From Candidatus Multivoradales bacterium (GTDB lineage Bacteria; Acidobacteriota; Thermoanaerobaculia; Multivoradales; J023), in NCBI GenBank assembly GCA_965248925.1, contig CBDFLE010000005.1, positions 320,001-384,000 of the forward strand: a stretch of 64,000 nucleotides of DNA, in the 5' to 3' direction. The notes beneath the pieces were generated by a model. It was given only the letters and a program-made list of their open reading frames with translations, had not been told where the DNA came from and searched no databases. This document shows, one piece after another, positions 32,529 to 41,152 of the stretch (the stretch's first letter is position 1; every line of letters starts with the position of its first letter). The position numbers and the translations under genes are program-made.

Positions 32529-34595
32529 GTGGACCAGTTCGAGAAAATCGGCAAATACGAGGTCTTGAGTGAAATCGGCGAAGGCAACTTTGGCCGCACC
32601 TACCGCGGCCGTGACCCAGATGGTGATTTCGAGGTCGCGATCAAGACTTGTACCGTAGACGACGAGAACGTCCGGCGGAAATTCGCTTTTCAGGCCGAGG
32701 AAGCCGGCAAACTGCACCACCAGAATATTGCCGCTGTGCTCGCTTCAGGACAGGAGGGAGATATTCCCTACGTGGTTCATGAGCAACTCTCCGGCCAGGG
32801 GCTCGATCAGGTGATTCGCGGCCAGGCTCCGCTGACCCCCCTGGAGAAGCTCGACCAGCTTCTTCCCATTGCCGAGGCCTTGGCCTACGCCCATCAGCAA
32901 GGAGTCTTCCACAGCGATCTCAAGCCTGACAACGTGCGTTTGCTGGAAAGCGGCGAAGTCAAGATTCTCGATTTCGGCATCGCTCGCCTGACCAGCAGTG
33001 AAAACCAGCTGACCCAAGAGGGGGTCACCATGGGCGCCGCCAGCTACCTGCCGCCAGAGCAAGTACGCGGCGGCGTTGTCGATCACCGCTCAGATGTTTT
33101 CTCGTTCGGCGTCCTAGCGTACGAGCTACTGACCTTCGAGCGTCCTTTCCGCGGCAACACTCTGTCGGCGTTGGTCTACCAAATTCTCTACAAGGTGCCG
33201 CTGCCGCTGACCGCGGTGTGGGGCGAGTGCCCGGAGGCCTTGTCGGACCTGATCTCCCGCTGTCTCGACAAAAAGCCGAGTCGACGGTTTCAAGACTTTG
33301 CCGAGTTGACCCCACTTCTGCGTGATCTGCGCAATCGACTGGCGGCCGGTGAGTGGCCAGACATGCAAGCAGCCCTGCCGCCGGATCAAGGGCACAGCAC
33401 CCAACAGATCGTTTTGAAGGTGGCCGACGACGATTTGGTGGTGTCCCAAGAAGAACTCTCCCGCACCGCCCTGAGCTTTAGCCAACAGGGTTCCGCCGAA
33501 GTAGAGCGAGATCAGCCGGTGGGCGAGTACACCTTGGCTCCGGGCGATGCCGAAAATCTGCTCGGCACACCGCTTGAGCTGGGCGATCCGGACTCCACCC
33601 AGCCGGTAGAGCCGATCCTCGACCCGGCCCACGACGCACGTTCGTTGGTGGGCCTCGACCCTGATGACAGCATGATTCTGGCCAGCCGCGGCCAAGCGAT
33701 TGGCAACTTGGTGGCCGAAGGCAAGTTGGACGAGGCTTTGCAGCAGCTGGAAGAGACCGTCACGCTGCACCGCGACGGCACTTTGGCTGGCGAGCTGGCG
33801 GCGATCGACTTGCCCGACCCGGAGGCGACCTTTGACCCCCCGCCGCCGACCGATTCGGCCCCGTCCGAACCCACCAAGCCGGAGGCGCTCAAAGCGGACC
33901 CGGGGGGGCGACTCGACTTCTTGCGCGCGCGGGTGGCCAGCGCAGAAGCGAAGAGCAAACTGAGCGAGCAAGAGCTGCCGGAGTGGGCGCTTAAGGCCGG
34001 ACCGATCGAAACCACCAAGCCTCTCAGCGCCCCTGGCAAACCGCGCCAGGAACTCGACTTCCAGAAACTCTCCGCCAAGGGAGTGGCCAGTCCACCACCG
34101 CCCGCGCCGGTAGAGCCTAAACTCAGCTCGTCGGCGGGTTGGTTGAAGATGGCGGCTGCGGCGGCCTTGCTGCTGGCGGTGGTGGCGGTGGTGGCGCTGA
34201 TCTGGTTCTTGTTACCAGACAAAGAGCAAAACCAGAACACCCAGCCGGCGGTGGCTGAGTCGCTGCCCCAGCCCGAGCTGGTGCCAGCCGAGCCTGATCA
34301 GGCGTTAGGAGCTGCCGAGCTCGGCGCGGTGGTGATCAATGCCGTGCCTTGGGCGCGGGTGACGGAGATCACCGACGCGGCCGGCGTCGCCCAGGAATTG
34401 CCGGAGGAGTCCTACACGCCGCTGTATGTCGAGTTGTCGCCTGGCTCCTATGCCATCACTCTGCAACATCCAGATGTAGAGGAACTCTTTACTTGCACCA
34501 TAGAGATCGAGTCCGGGTTCATCGAAAGCTGCGAAACCGAATTTCACCGGCTTGATCCGACCGAGTACTTCAAGAGCAGTGGCTGGTGGAGCTGA
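32529..34595 (+). CDS. Membrane-anchored Ser/Thr protein kinase with C-terminal PEGA-like domain
   Basis: Probable GTG start; GEGNFG, VAIK, HSDLKPDN, DFG, SYLPPEQ; Pro/acidic linker, TM, INAVPWARV...TPLYVELSPGSY. Confidence 0.9.
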   Translation: MDQFEKIGKYEVLSEIGEGNFGRTYRGRDPDGDFEVAIKTCTVDDENVRRKFAFQAEEAGKLHHQNIAAVLASGQEGDIPYVVHEQLSGQGLDQVIRGQAPLTPLEKLDQLLPIAEALAYAHQQGVFHSDLKPDNVRLLESGEVKILDFGIARLTSSENQLTQEGVTMGAASYLPPEQVRGGVVDHRSDVFSFGVLAYELLTFERPFRGNTLSALVYQILYKVPLPLTAVWGECPEALSDLISRCLDKKPSRRFQDFAELTPLLRDLRNRLAAGEWPDMQAALPPDQGHSTQQIVLKVADDDLVVSQEELSRTALSFSQQGSAEVERDQPVGEYTLAPGDAENLLGTPLELGDPDSTQPVEPILDPAHDARSLVGLDPDDSMILASRGQAIGNLVAEGKLDEALQQLEETVTLHRDGTLAGELAAIDLPDPEATFDPPPPTDSAPSEPTKPEALKADPGGRLDFLRARVASAEAKSKLSEQELPEWALKAGPIETTKPLSAPGKPRQELDFQKLSAKGVASPPPPAPVEPKLSSSAGWLKMAAAAALLLAVVAVVALIWFLLPDKEQNQNTQPAVAESLPQPELVPAEPDQALGAAELGAVVINAVPWARVTEITDAAGVAQELPEESYTPLYVELSPGSYAITLQHPDVEELFTCTIEIESGFIESCETEFHRLDPTEYFKSSGWWS

Positions 34596-35929
34596 TGGAG
34601 AGCAGAACGATGGTCCGTCGACCGACTCCGAGGTCCTTTCCCACCTTCTTTGCAACCCTGTTGTTGGCGACCCTGCTGCTGGCGGCACCCTTGACTGCCG
34701 CAACCGATTATCGCGAAAACTACCGCGACGGCATCGCGGCGGTGGAAGCCGGCGACTACGAGCCAGCGATTCGGCTGCTGCGTCAGGCGATCAGTGGTCG
34801 CCAAGAGGCCCGCAGCGGATTTCGTCGCTACACCCCTTACTACTACTTGGGAGTGGCCCAGATGCAGACCGGCGACTGCCGTGCGGCGCTGCTCACCTGG
34901 GCCGAGGCGGAAAATCAGGGGCACATCCAAAAGAGCCGTGAGCATGCCGATATGGTGGCTCGCGAGCAGCGCTGCGAAAATCAATTGGGAGAGCTCGATC
35001 AAGCTCTGGCGAGTGCCCGTGCCGCCATCGCTTTGGCCGAGCAAACGGTTGGCGAGGTGAAGCTCTTGAGCAGCGATCTCAACTTGGTGGCTGATTGGTC
35101 ACAGGGCGCTTCGTCCTTCGGCGCGCGCCAACTCCGGGCCGAGTCGCTGTTGCGCGATGCGGAGCAGAAGTTGGGCAGCGGCGAGGCAGCCGTAGATCTG
35201 AGTCAGATTGCCGAAGGCGAGGAGTTGGCGGTACGAGCACGTTCAGCACTCCAGGCCATCGACAGTGAGGCCCGGCAGCAACTCAGCGCCTTTGACCAAG
35301 CAGTGAGAGAGGCCTCAGGCAAGCTAGAAGATGTCGAAGCCGGGGCCCGGCGCGTGCTCCGCTCGCTCGGCGACCTCAAGCCATATCCGCCCCAATTGGC
35401 CCAGCGGGTGGCCGCCATGGAGGAGGATCTAGAGGCGGCAACAGATGCTCTGGACAATGCCGACCCGGAAGAGTTGGTCGAGCTGCAAGACCGCCTGACG
35501 GTTTCCCTGTCACAGCTCAAGCGCGCCGCTCAACGACCGCCGCTGAAGCTGGTCGAGGCCTTTCAAGCCTACAGCGTTGGCGAGTTCGAGGCGGTGATCG
35601 AAATTCTCGACACCGGACGCTGGCGGCCCCGAGCGGCGTCTCATGCCTGCTTGCTGAAGGCCGCCGCTCGCCACGCTCTTTTCTTACTCGAGGGTGAGCA
35701 GCAGAGAGAGTTGTTGGTCGCTGCCCGCAGCGATATCGCCCAATGCCAGGAGGGCTCAGCACCGCTTGAGCCTTCCGCGGATTACTTCTCGCCTCGCTTT
35801 CTGTCCTTTCACCTGCGCACCCTTGAGCGGCTCGCTGCCGGTAAAGGAGTAGGAGATGGCGCAGGCGAAATCCCGGCGACCGCCGCTGCTGACCAAGCGG
35901 CGAGCGGCCCGGCCGACTCAGCTGGCTAG
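34586..35929 (+). CDS. Secreted TPR/coiled-coil hypothetical protein
   Basis: Signal-like segment; YRDGIAAVEAGDY and PYYYLGVAQ TPR-like helices; overlaps the kinase stop. Confidence 0.7.
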   Translation: MELMESRTMVRRPTPRSFPTFFATLLLATLLLAAPLTAATDYRENYRDGIAAVEAGDYEPAIRLLRQAISGRQEARSGFRRYTPYYYLGVAQMQTGDCRAALLTWAEAENQGHIQKSREHADMVAREQRCENQLGELDQALASARAAIALAEQTVGEVKLLSSDLNLVADWSQGASSFGARQLRAESLLRDAEQKLGSGEAAVDLSQIAEGEELAVRARSALQAIDSEARQQLSAFDQAVREASGKLEDVEAGARRVLRSLGDLKPYPPQLAQRVAAMEEDLEAATDALDNADPEELVELQDRLTVSLSQLKRAAQRPPLKLVEAFQAYSVGEFEAVIEILDTGRWRPRAASHACLLKAAARHALFLLEGEQQRELLVAARSDIAQCQEGSAPLEPSADYFSPRFLSFHLRTLERLAAGKGVGDGAGEIPATAAADQAASGPADSAG

Positions 35930-35933
35930 ACTC

Positions 35934-36956
35934 ATGGCTAGAGCTAAGAGCAAACGGCCGAGTCGTCCTGCACACCGCCGCCGGGGAAACTTCTGGAGCC
36001 TGATCGGCCTTGGTGCCCTCGGCCTAGTGTTAGGACTGTCCCTGCGGCGGCGCAAGCAGGGACCAACCGGCAAGCAGGGTGAGTCGCACCGCCCAGCGCC
36101 ACACCAGCGGCCCCGAGCAACCGCGCCTGCGCCCCTCGGCGCCTTGCCGGAAGGTGCCTCGACCAGTTGGATTCCCGGTCCTGGCGGCGCCTTGCGAATC
36201 TGCGAAGTCTTCTCGCCAGGCGCGCTGCCGGTGATTTTCTTGCACGATATCGGTGGCCGTTTGGAACATTGGAGCAGCCAGCTAAGCCTTTTGGGGCCGC
36301 TGCGTCGCGGTATCGCCGTCGACTTGCCAGGCCATGGCGAGTCCGATCGCTCAGGACCCGGCAGCTACACGGTGGAGGCATTTGCCGACAATGTCGGAGC
36401 GGTGGCCGACGCCCTACGCCTGCGTCGATTTGTTTTGGTCGGTCATGGTTTGGGCGCTGCTGTGGCGGTGGACTACGCCGCTCGCCATGCCGATCGCGTG
36501 GTGGGATTGATGTTGATCGACCCGGCTGGCGACCAGACTCGCATTCCTGAGCACCAGCTAGCGCAGCTGCGGCAAGGGTTGGCCGAGGACAGCCATGCGG
36601 TACTGGGTTGGTACTATCGTCAATACTTGAGCGGTTCTAGTGCGGCGATCAATGAGCGGGTGCTGGGTGATCTGGCGGCGACCGCCAGCGAAGCCCTGGC
36701 TGGAGCCACCGAGGGCTCGCTGAGCTACAACCCGCTGCCCAGCCTGGAGCGCTATGTCGGGCCGCTGGCGAGTGTGGTTAGCGACCTCAACGATCTACCC
36801 CACAGCCTGCACAACTTGCTGCCCGAGCTGCCGGTCGAGCGCCTAGCGGGTGCTGGCCATTGGATGATGTTCGATCGGCCGAGCGAACTCAACGAGCTGA
36901 TCTCAAGCTTCTTGGACCTCGTACCCGATCAGCTGCGGCCGGCAACTGTGCACTGA
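35934..36956 (+). CDS. Membrane-anchored alpha/beta-fold hydrolase homologue lacking the nucleophilic Ser
   Basis: VDLPGHGES, LVGHGLG (for GHSxG), GAGHW. Confidence 0.82.
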   Translation: MARAKSKRPSRPAHRRRGNFWSLIGLGALGLVLGLSLRRRKQGPTGKQGESHRPAPHQRPRATAPAPLGALPEGASTSWIPGPGGALRICEVFSPGALPVIFLHDIGGRLEHWSSQLSLLGPLRRGIAVDLPGHGESDRSGPGSYTVEAFADNVGAVADALRLRRFVLVGHGLGAAVAVDYAARHADRVVGLMLIDPAGDQTRIPEHQLAQLRQGLAEDSHAVLGWYYRQYLSGSSAAINERVLGDLAATASEALAGATEGSLSYNPLPSLERYVGPLASVVSDLNDLPHSLHNLLPELPVERLAGAGHWMMFDRPSELNELISSFLDLVPDQLRPATVH

Positions 36957-37010
36957 CCTTGGGGCCTCGGCTTGGCCCCGCTCGGCATCAAATCGACTTG
37001 CTGAGGGGCC

Positions 37011-38162
37011 TCAGTAGGGTGCCGGGCTTTGGCCGTCGTAGTAGCCATAGAGACGGGGCAGGCGGTCACCGCCATCTATCGCGGTAAAGGGCGACTGGCG
37101 GTCAGCGGGTGCCCGCAGGTATTCGTCGAGGCCGCGAAGATAGTGCAGGTTGAGGCAGTGCCCCCAGCGACCACGGCCTTCGAACTTCTCACCATCGATA
37201 ACTATGGCGTGCTTATCCGGATTGGGCGCCAGCATGCCGAGGCGCGCCACCACATCGTACTGATTGCCGATGTTCTCGATAAATGGAACCGGGGCTCCGC
37301 TAGCGGAGGTTTGCGCCGGGGCATGACGCATGACGTCGGCGGCGTTGGCGAAAGCGTAAATCTCGAGCTTTGCCAAATGGTCCGGATCGTTCAATGGCGC
37401 AGGCTCATCGGCTTCGTGTTTGCCTTCCAGCGTGGGAGCTCGGCGCTGGTGCAATGCTTGGCGGAAATCGTCTGAAATCAGCGCCCGCAGGACGTTGGCC
37501 ATGATGATCGTGCCCTGCGAATGGCAAATCACCACCACCCGCTTCTTGGTGGGCTCGTTGAGCGCTTGCAGAATCACCGGATAGGCGCGCAAGGAGGCTT
37601 CCGTCATCACCTGCCAGGCTTTGCCGAGACTGGCCTCGATCAAGTCCAAGCCGATTGAGTCGGAAGCGTTCTGGACGATCGTCAGGGGACGGCGGAAGAT
37701 CTGCGCCAAGTAGCGAGCATTGATCTCAGCCAACGAATCATTGGTGGCGATGCCGTTGATGAAAAACCAGGCTTCTTCCGGGAAAGAGTAAGGATTGTCC
37801 TGGGGATCGGGCTGGAAGAGAATCCGCGTCGGCCGCCAAAAAAAAGGATCGAGACCGCCCGGCAGATTGTCCGGTACCTTGATTGGCAAAGCTGGCAGCG
37901 TGATTTCCGCCAGGTATTTCAGCGAGCGGACGATCGACAGCGGGCTGACGATCGAAAACTCGGAGTACCACGGGTGGGGCGGCAGCCATGTCCAGGGGTG
38001 GCCGAGAATCGCATTCACCCACAACGGCGGAGTAAAGCGCAGAGCATCGCCGACAATCTCCAGTAACTGGGTGAAGTCGCGCTCGTCTTCGAGATAGGGA
38101 TCGAGGCGCTGGTGCAGCTCGTGTTCGAGTTTATCGCTCGGCGATTCGGCAACATCGGCCAT
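37011..38162 (-). CDS. Hypothetical lipase-like alpha/beta hydrolase
   Basis: FFINGI, VICHSQG elbow, IYAFANAA, DVVARLG, GHCLN; start uncertain. Confidence 0.7.
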   Translation of the reverse strand: MADVAESPSDKLEHELHQRLDPYLEDERDFTQLLEIVGDALRFTPPLWVNAILGHPWTWLPPHPWYSEFSIVSPLSIVRSLKYLAEITLPALPIKVPDNLPGGLDPFFWRPTRILFQPDPQDNPYSFPEEAWFFINGIATNDSLAEINARYLAQIFRRPLTIVQNASDSIGLDLIEASLGKAWQVMTEASLRAYPVILQALNEPTKKRVVVICHSQGTIIMANVLRALISDDFRQALHQRRAPTLEGKHEADEPAPLNDPDHLAKLEIYAFANAADVMRHAPAQTSASGAPVPFIENIGNQYDVVARLGMLAPNPDKHAIVIDGEKFEGRGRWGHCLNLHYLRGLDEYLRAPADRQSPFTAIDGGDRLPRLYGYYDGQSPAPY

Positions 38163-38304
38163 GACATGCCCCTCGGTAGCCGCCGCCTGGCTCGCTAGCT
38201 GGCCGGCAGGCGGCCGAATGATCTGAGATGGTGAGAACGCGAAGAGCATAGCAGGCCTCTCACCCGCCAACGCCAGAGACTCTGACCCTGCCCAGGATTC
38301 TACC

Positions 38305-39297
38305 TCAATCGTACCGCTGCCCAAGCACTTCGCTGTGCAGCGTGGAGACTGACTTGGCAACCTCGGCTGCGGCGTAGTAGTCCGTCAACACTGCCAGCGC
38401 CGGCTTGCCCTGTGGGGTGAACAAGATGTTGCTGGCAGGTGCTGTTGCTTTGGCGACCGGATGCCACTTCCAGAAGTATGCACCTGCGAACCACGGTTGG
38501 GTCCAAACTGCCCGGAAGAAGGCCCGGTAGGCGTTGGCCTGCGCTTCGAGATCCACTTTCTTCGAGGATCCACGCTGGGGCCAGACCCAGGGCTCGACGG
38601 CGGTGTCGGCGGTCGACTTGTAGCCGATTTATGTGAAGAGCACCGGGCGGTCTGCCTTCTTGTGTACGGCTTCGATAACCCGCAAGTGATGCTGCCAGCC
38701 ACGCTCCAGGGTCGCCAACGTCGGCTTGCTCTCGGAACTCAGCGGAAAGTAGGCTTGGATACCAATGTAGTCGAGATCAGCCCAGAACGGCACTTCCTCG
38801 AACTCGCGATACCAGTTCGCGGAGTAGGTCAGCTTGCCGCCATAAACCTGGCGAATCTCACGGATCACTCGGTACCACTCTTGCGGCTTCTCGACCACCG
38901 TCTGGTGCAGTTCGGTGCCGATTGCCAAGGCCTCGATGTCCAGTCGCTCGGCCAGCTTGGCATAGTGCAGAATGAAGACGCGGTAAGCGGCGAACCAGGC
39001 CTGCCAGTCGGCGTCGCTACCCATGGCGATATCGCCGCGCCAGCCACCGCCGCGCAGCCAAATATGAGGCTTGAGCAACGTCTTGATGCTCAATTCGCGT
39101 GCCAGGAGAGTGGTCACCCCGAGCCCCTCGTCGCGCTCGCCCCAATAAATGCGGCCACCAGTAGTCAGTCGAATCTCGGGACTGTTCGCCGCGCTTTGCC
39201 AGCCGAATGGCGTCTGCACGATCCAATCGACATGGTGCTGGGCGAGGGCGGCAAGCTCTTCAGTGCCAATCTCCTTGCCCCAGCTCAGGGTACCACC
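38305..39297 (-). pseudogene. GH113-like glycoside hydrolase, 5'-truncated with an internal TAA
   Basis: HVDWIVQTPFGWQ, LKPHIW, WRGDI, IGTEL, LTYSANW, YIGIQAYFPL, VLFT*IGY (TAA at 38629-38631), AGAYFWKW. Confidence 0.85.
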
Positions 39298-40563
39298 CTA
39301 ATCGTACTCACCTGTTTTCAATAGCTTAGGCCAGTCAGAGTTCGTCATGCCGGCTCTCCCTACGTTCATGCTGAGCGATTCGTCGGATCGTTGCCACGGG
39401 CAGATCAAGACTTCGGACCGGCGCAGCTGGCCCACTACCAACAAGTCCTTGACCTTGACCGCCACCGAGGCGCCCGACAGAACTCGGCCTTGGTTGTCGT
39501 CCCGGTCGTCTTCTAGGAGCAGCTGCCGGGACTTGCGTCCCATGCCGCAGTCCGCCGGCAGCACATGGCCGCGCCGCCGACGCTCGAGGATCGGCTGGTG
39601 GTCGACCTGCCAGACCGCGGCGGGCGTATCGTGTCGCTTGATCGCCAGATGCGCCAGCGCGCCGAGGAAGCTCTTGAACGAACCGATCAGGAGCTTGTCT
39701 GCTGAGCCCTCGACCAGGTGAATGTTGTCCGGGTGATCGAAGGTCCGAAAAGCACATTGCCAGACCAACTCGTCGTCGGCCTCCTCGAAGACGTGGATCC
39801 GCTGGCGCCAGAAGTCTGCAACCAGCGCCAGAGAAACCGAGTTCCCTCTGCGATCTTCGAGGTGGGTGAAGGCAACGCCGTTGGCAAAGCCGAAAGAGGG
39901 CTGATAGAGCGGTTTCCAGTAGCGCGGCTCACCCTTCGGCTCGGGGCTGTAGGCGATCGGCGGCTTCTTTTTGGCGTTGGTGGCCACCAGCATTCCGTGC
40001 GGCGAGACTGCCAGTCCGTTGACCTTGCCGGTGAGAAACTCGCAGGCTCGTCGAGCCCGATGCTCGTCGTCCGGTCCGCAGAGGCGCAGCTCGCCGGGCC
40101 AGGTCAGTGCTTGGCGGCTGAGGCCGCGGACAACACCGTCCGAACTGCTGTCGGCGACCCACACCCGCTGGTTGTCTTTCGACACGGTCAGACCGACCGG
40201 CGCGAACTCCTCCGGCCCGCCGGTGCTCGGGAACAAGGTCTCCGGCTCGCCGGCGCAACCCTTGGCGAGGGGCGGGATGCAGTCCGACAGATCAAGCTGC
40301 TGCATTCGACCTCTGGGCTTGCCAGCACCCAGGCCGCGGCGCGCCGTCGACGTCAGGATGCCTTTGTTCAGCCACGGGCTGCGGATCAGGTCTTCAGGGC
40401 CGCCCGAATCTTCCGCGCCGACGGCGGCGCTGATGCACTGACCGAGATTGATGGCCGGTGGGCCGGTCTGCCAGCTACCCGCCGCGGCAGCGGGCCCGGG
40501 CAGGGCTTCCAGGATCCCTAGCAGGGTGGCAAAGAGCACCGCCAGGAGCGAGCTACTCTTCAT
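39298..40563 (-). CDS. Secreted beta-propeller, paraoxonase/SMP-30/strictosidine synthase-like
   Basis: Signal peptide; GPEDL, NGLAV, FANGVA, HPDNI, SGASVAV. Confidence 0.7.
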   Translation of the reverse strand: MKSSSLLAVLFATLLGILEALPGPAAAAGSWQTGPPAINLGQCISAAVGAEDSGGPEDLIRSPWLNKGILTSTARRGLGAGKPRGRMQQLDLSDCIPPLAKGCAGEPETLFPSTGGPEEFAPVGLTVSKDNQRVWVADSSSDGVVRGLSRQALTWPGELRLCGPDDEHRARRACEFLTGKVNGLAVSPHGMLVATNAKKKPPIAYSPEPKGEPRYWKPLYQPSFGFANGVAFTHLEDRRGNSVSLALVADFWRQRIHVFEEADDELVWQCAFRTFDHPDNIHLVEGSADKLLIGSFKSFLGALAHLAIKRHDTPAAVWQVDHQPILERRRRGHVLPADCGMGRKSRQLLLEDDRDDNQGRVLSGASVAVKVKDLLVVGQLRRSEVLICPWQRSDESLSMNVGRAGMTNSDWPKLLKTGEYD

Positions 40564-41152
40564 CGCTTCTCTCCTTACCGGTTTTCTCCAGATCGGCCCT
40601 CTTCAGACGGGCCGCGAGCCGCAGCGTGTTGCCGATCGCAATGTCGCCCAACCACTCGTCAAAGATGTCGAAGAACGCCAGCCGGGTCTCGAGCTCGATC
40701 ACCAGGTCGCCGTTCTTGGTGACCTCGAAGTCTTCCACTCCTTGCAAGGCGCTGCGCCGGTTGCCCAAGGCCATGGCGTGAAACTCGAGGTCCGATGGCC
40801 GGTGGAGGAGTTCCAGGCTCAGCACCGGAAAGGAGTCCGCACTCAACAAGCGAAGGCGAAGCAGCTCTTCCAGTACCGGCGATTCGCAGTCCAGCTGGCC
40901 CACTTGAGCCTGGACTAGCACCAGCCGGGAGTCGGGCTTTTGCTCAGCGCTGGCGGCTGCAGTGCAAGTCAGCGGCGCGCCGTCGGCCTCGAAGGTTAAG
41001 CTCAGCCGGCCATGCCAACGAAATGGGTCTTGGGCCGCCCGCTCCGGCTCTGGCTTGGGCGGCGGCGGGTGGTTCGGCGGGCAGATCAAGGCCACGCCGA
41101 GCCAGGTCAAGGCGCCGACCAGTACCACCCCCACGAGTAGCAGCCGCATCAT
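40553..41152 (-). CDS. Hypothetical protein with N-terminal membrane anchor
   Basis: MMRLLLVGVVLVGALTWLG then a Pro-rich linker; overlaps both neighbouring genes. Confidence 0.6.
   Translation of the reverse strand: MMRLLLVGVVLVGALTWLGVALICPPNHPPPPKPEPERAAQDPFRWHGRLSLTFEADGAPLTCTAAASAEQKPDSRLVLVQAQVGQLDCESPVLEELLRLRLLSADSFPVLSLELLHRPSDLEFHAMALGNRRSALQGVEDFEVTKNGDLVIELETRLAFFDIFDEWLGDIAIGNTLRLAARLKRADLEKTGKERSDEE

Noticed and set aside
38307-39307. AATCGTAC at both ends of the GH113 remnant as a target duplication
   Set aside because: Only 8 bp with no mobile-element features between; likely chance.
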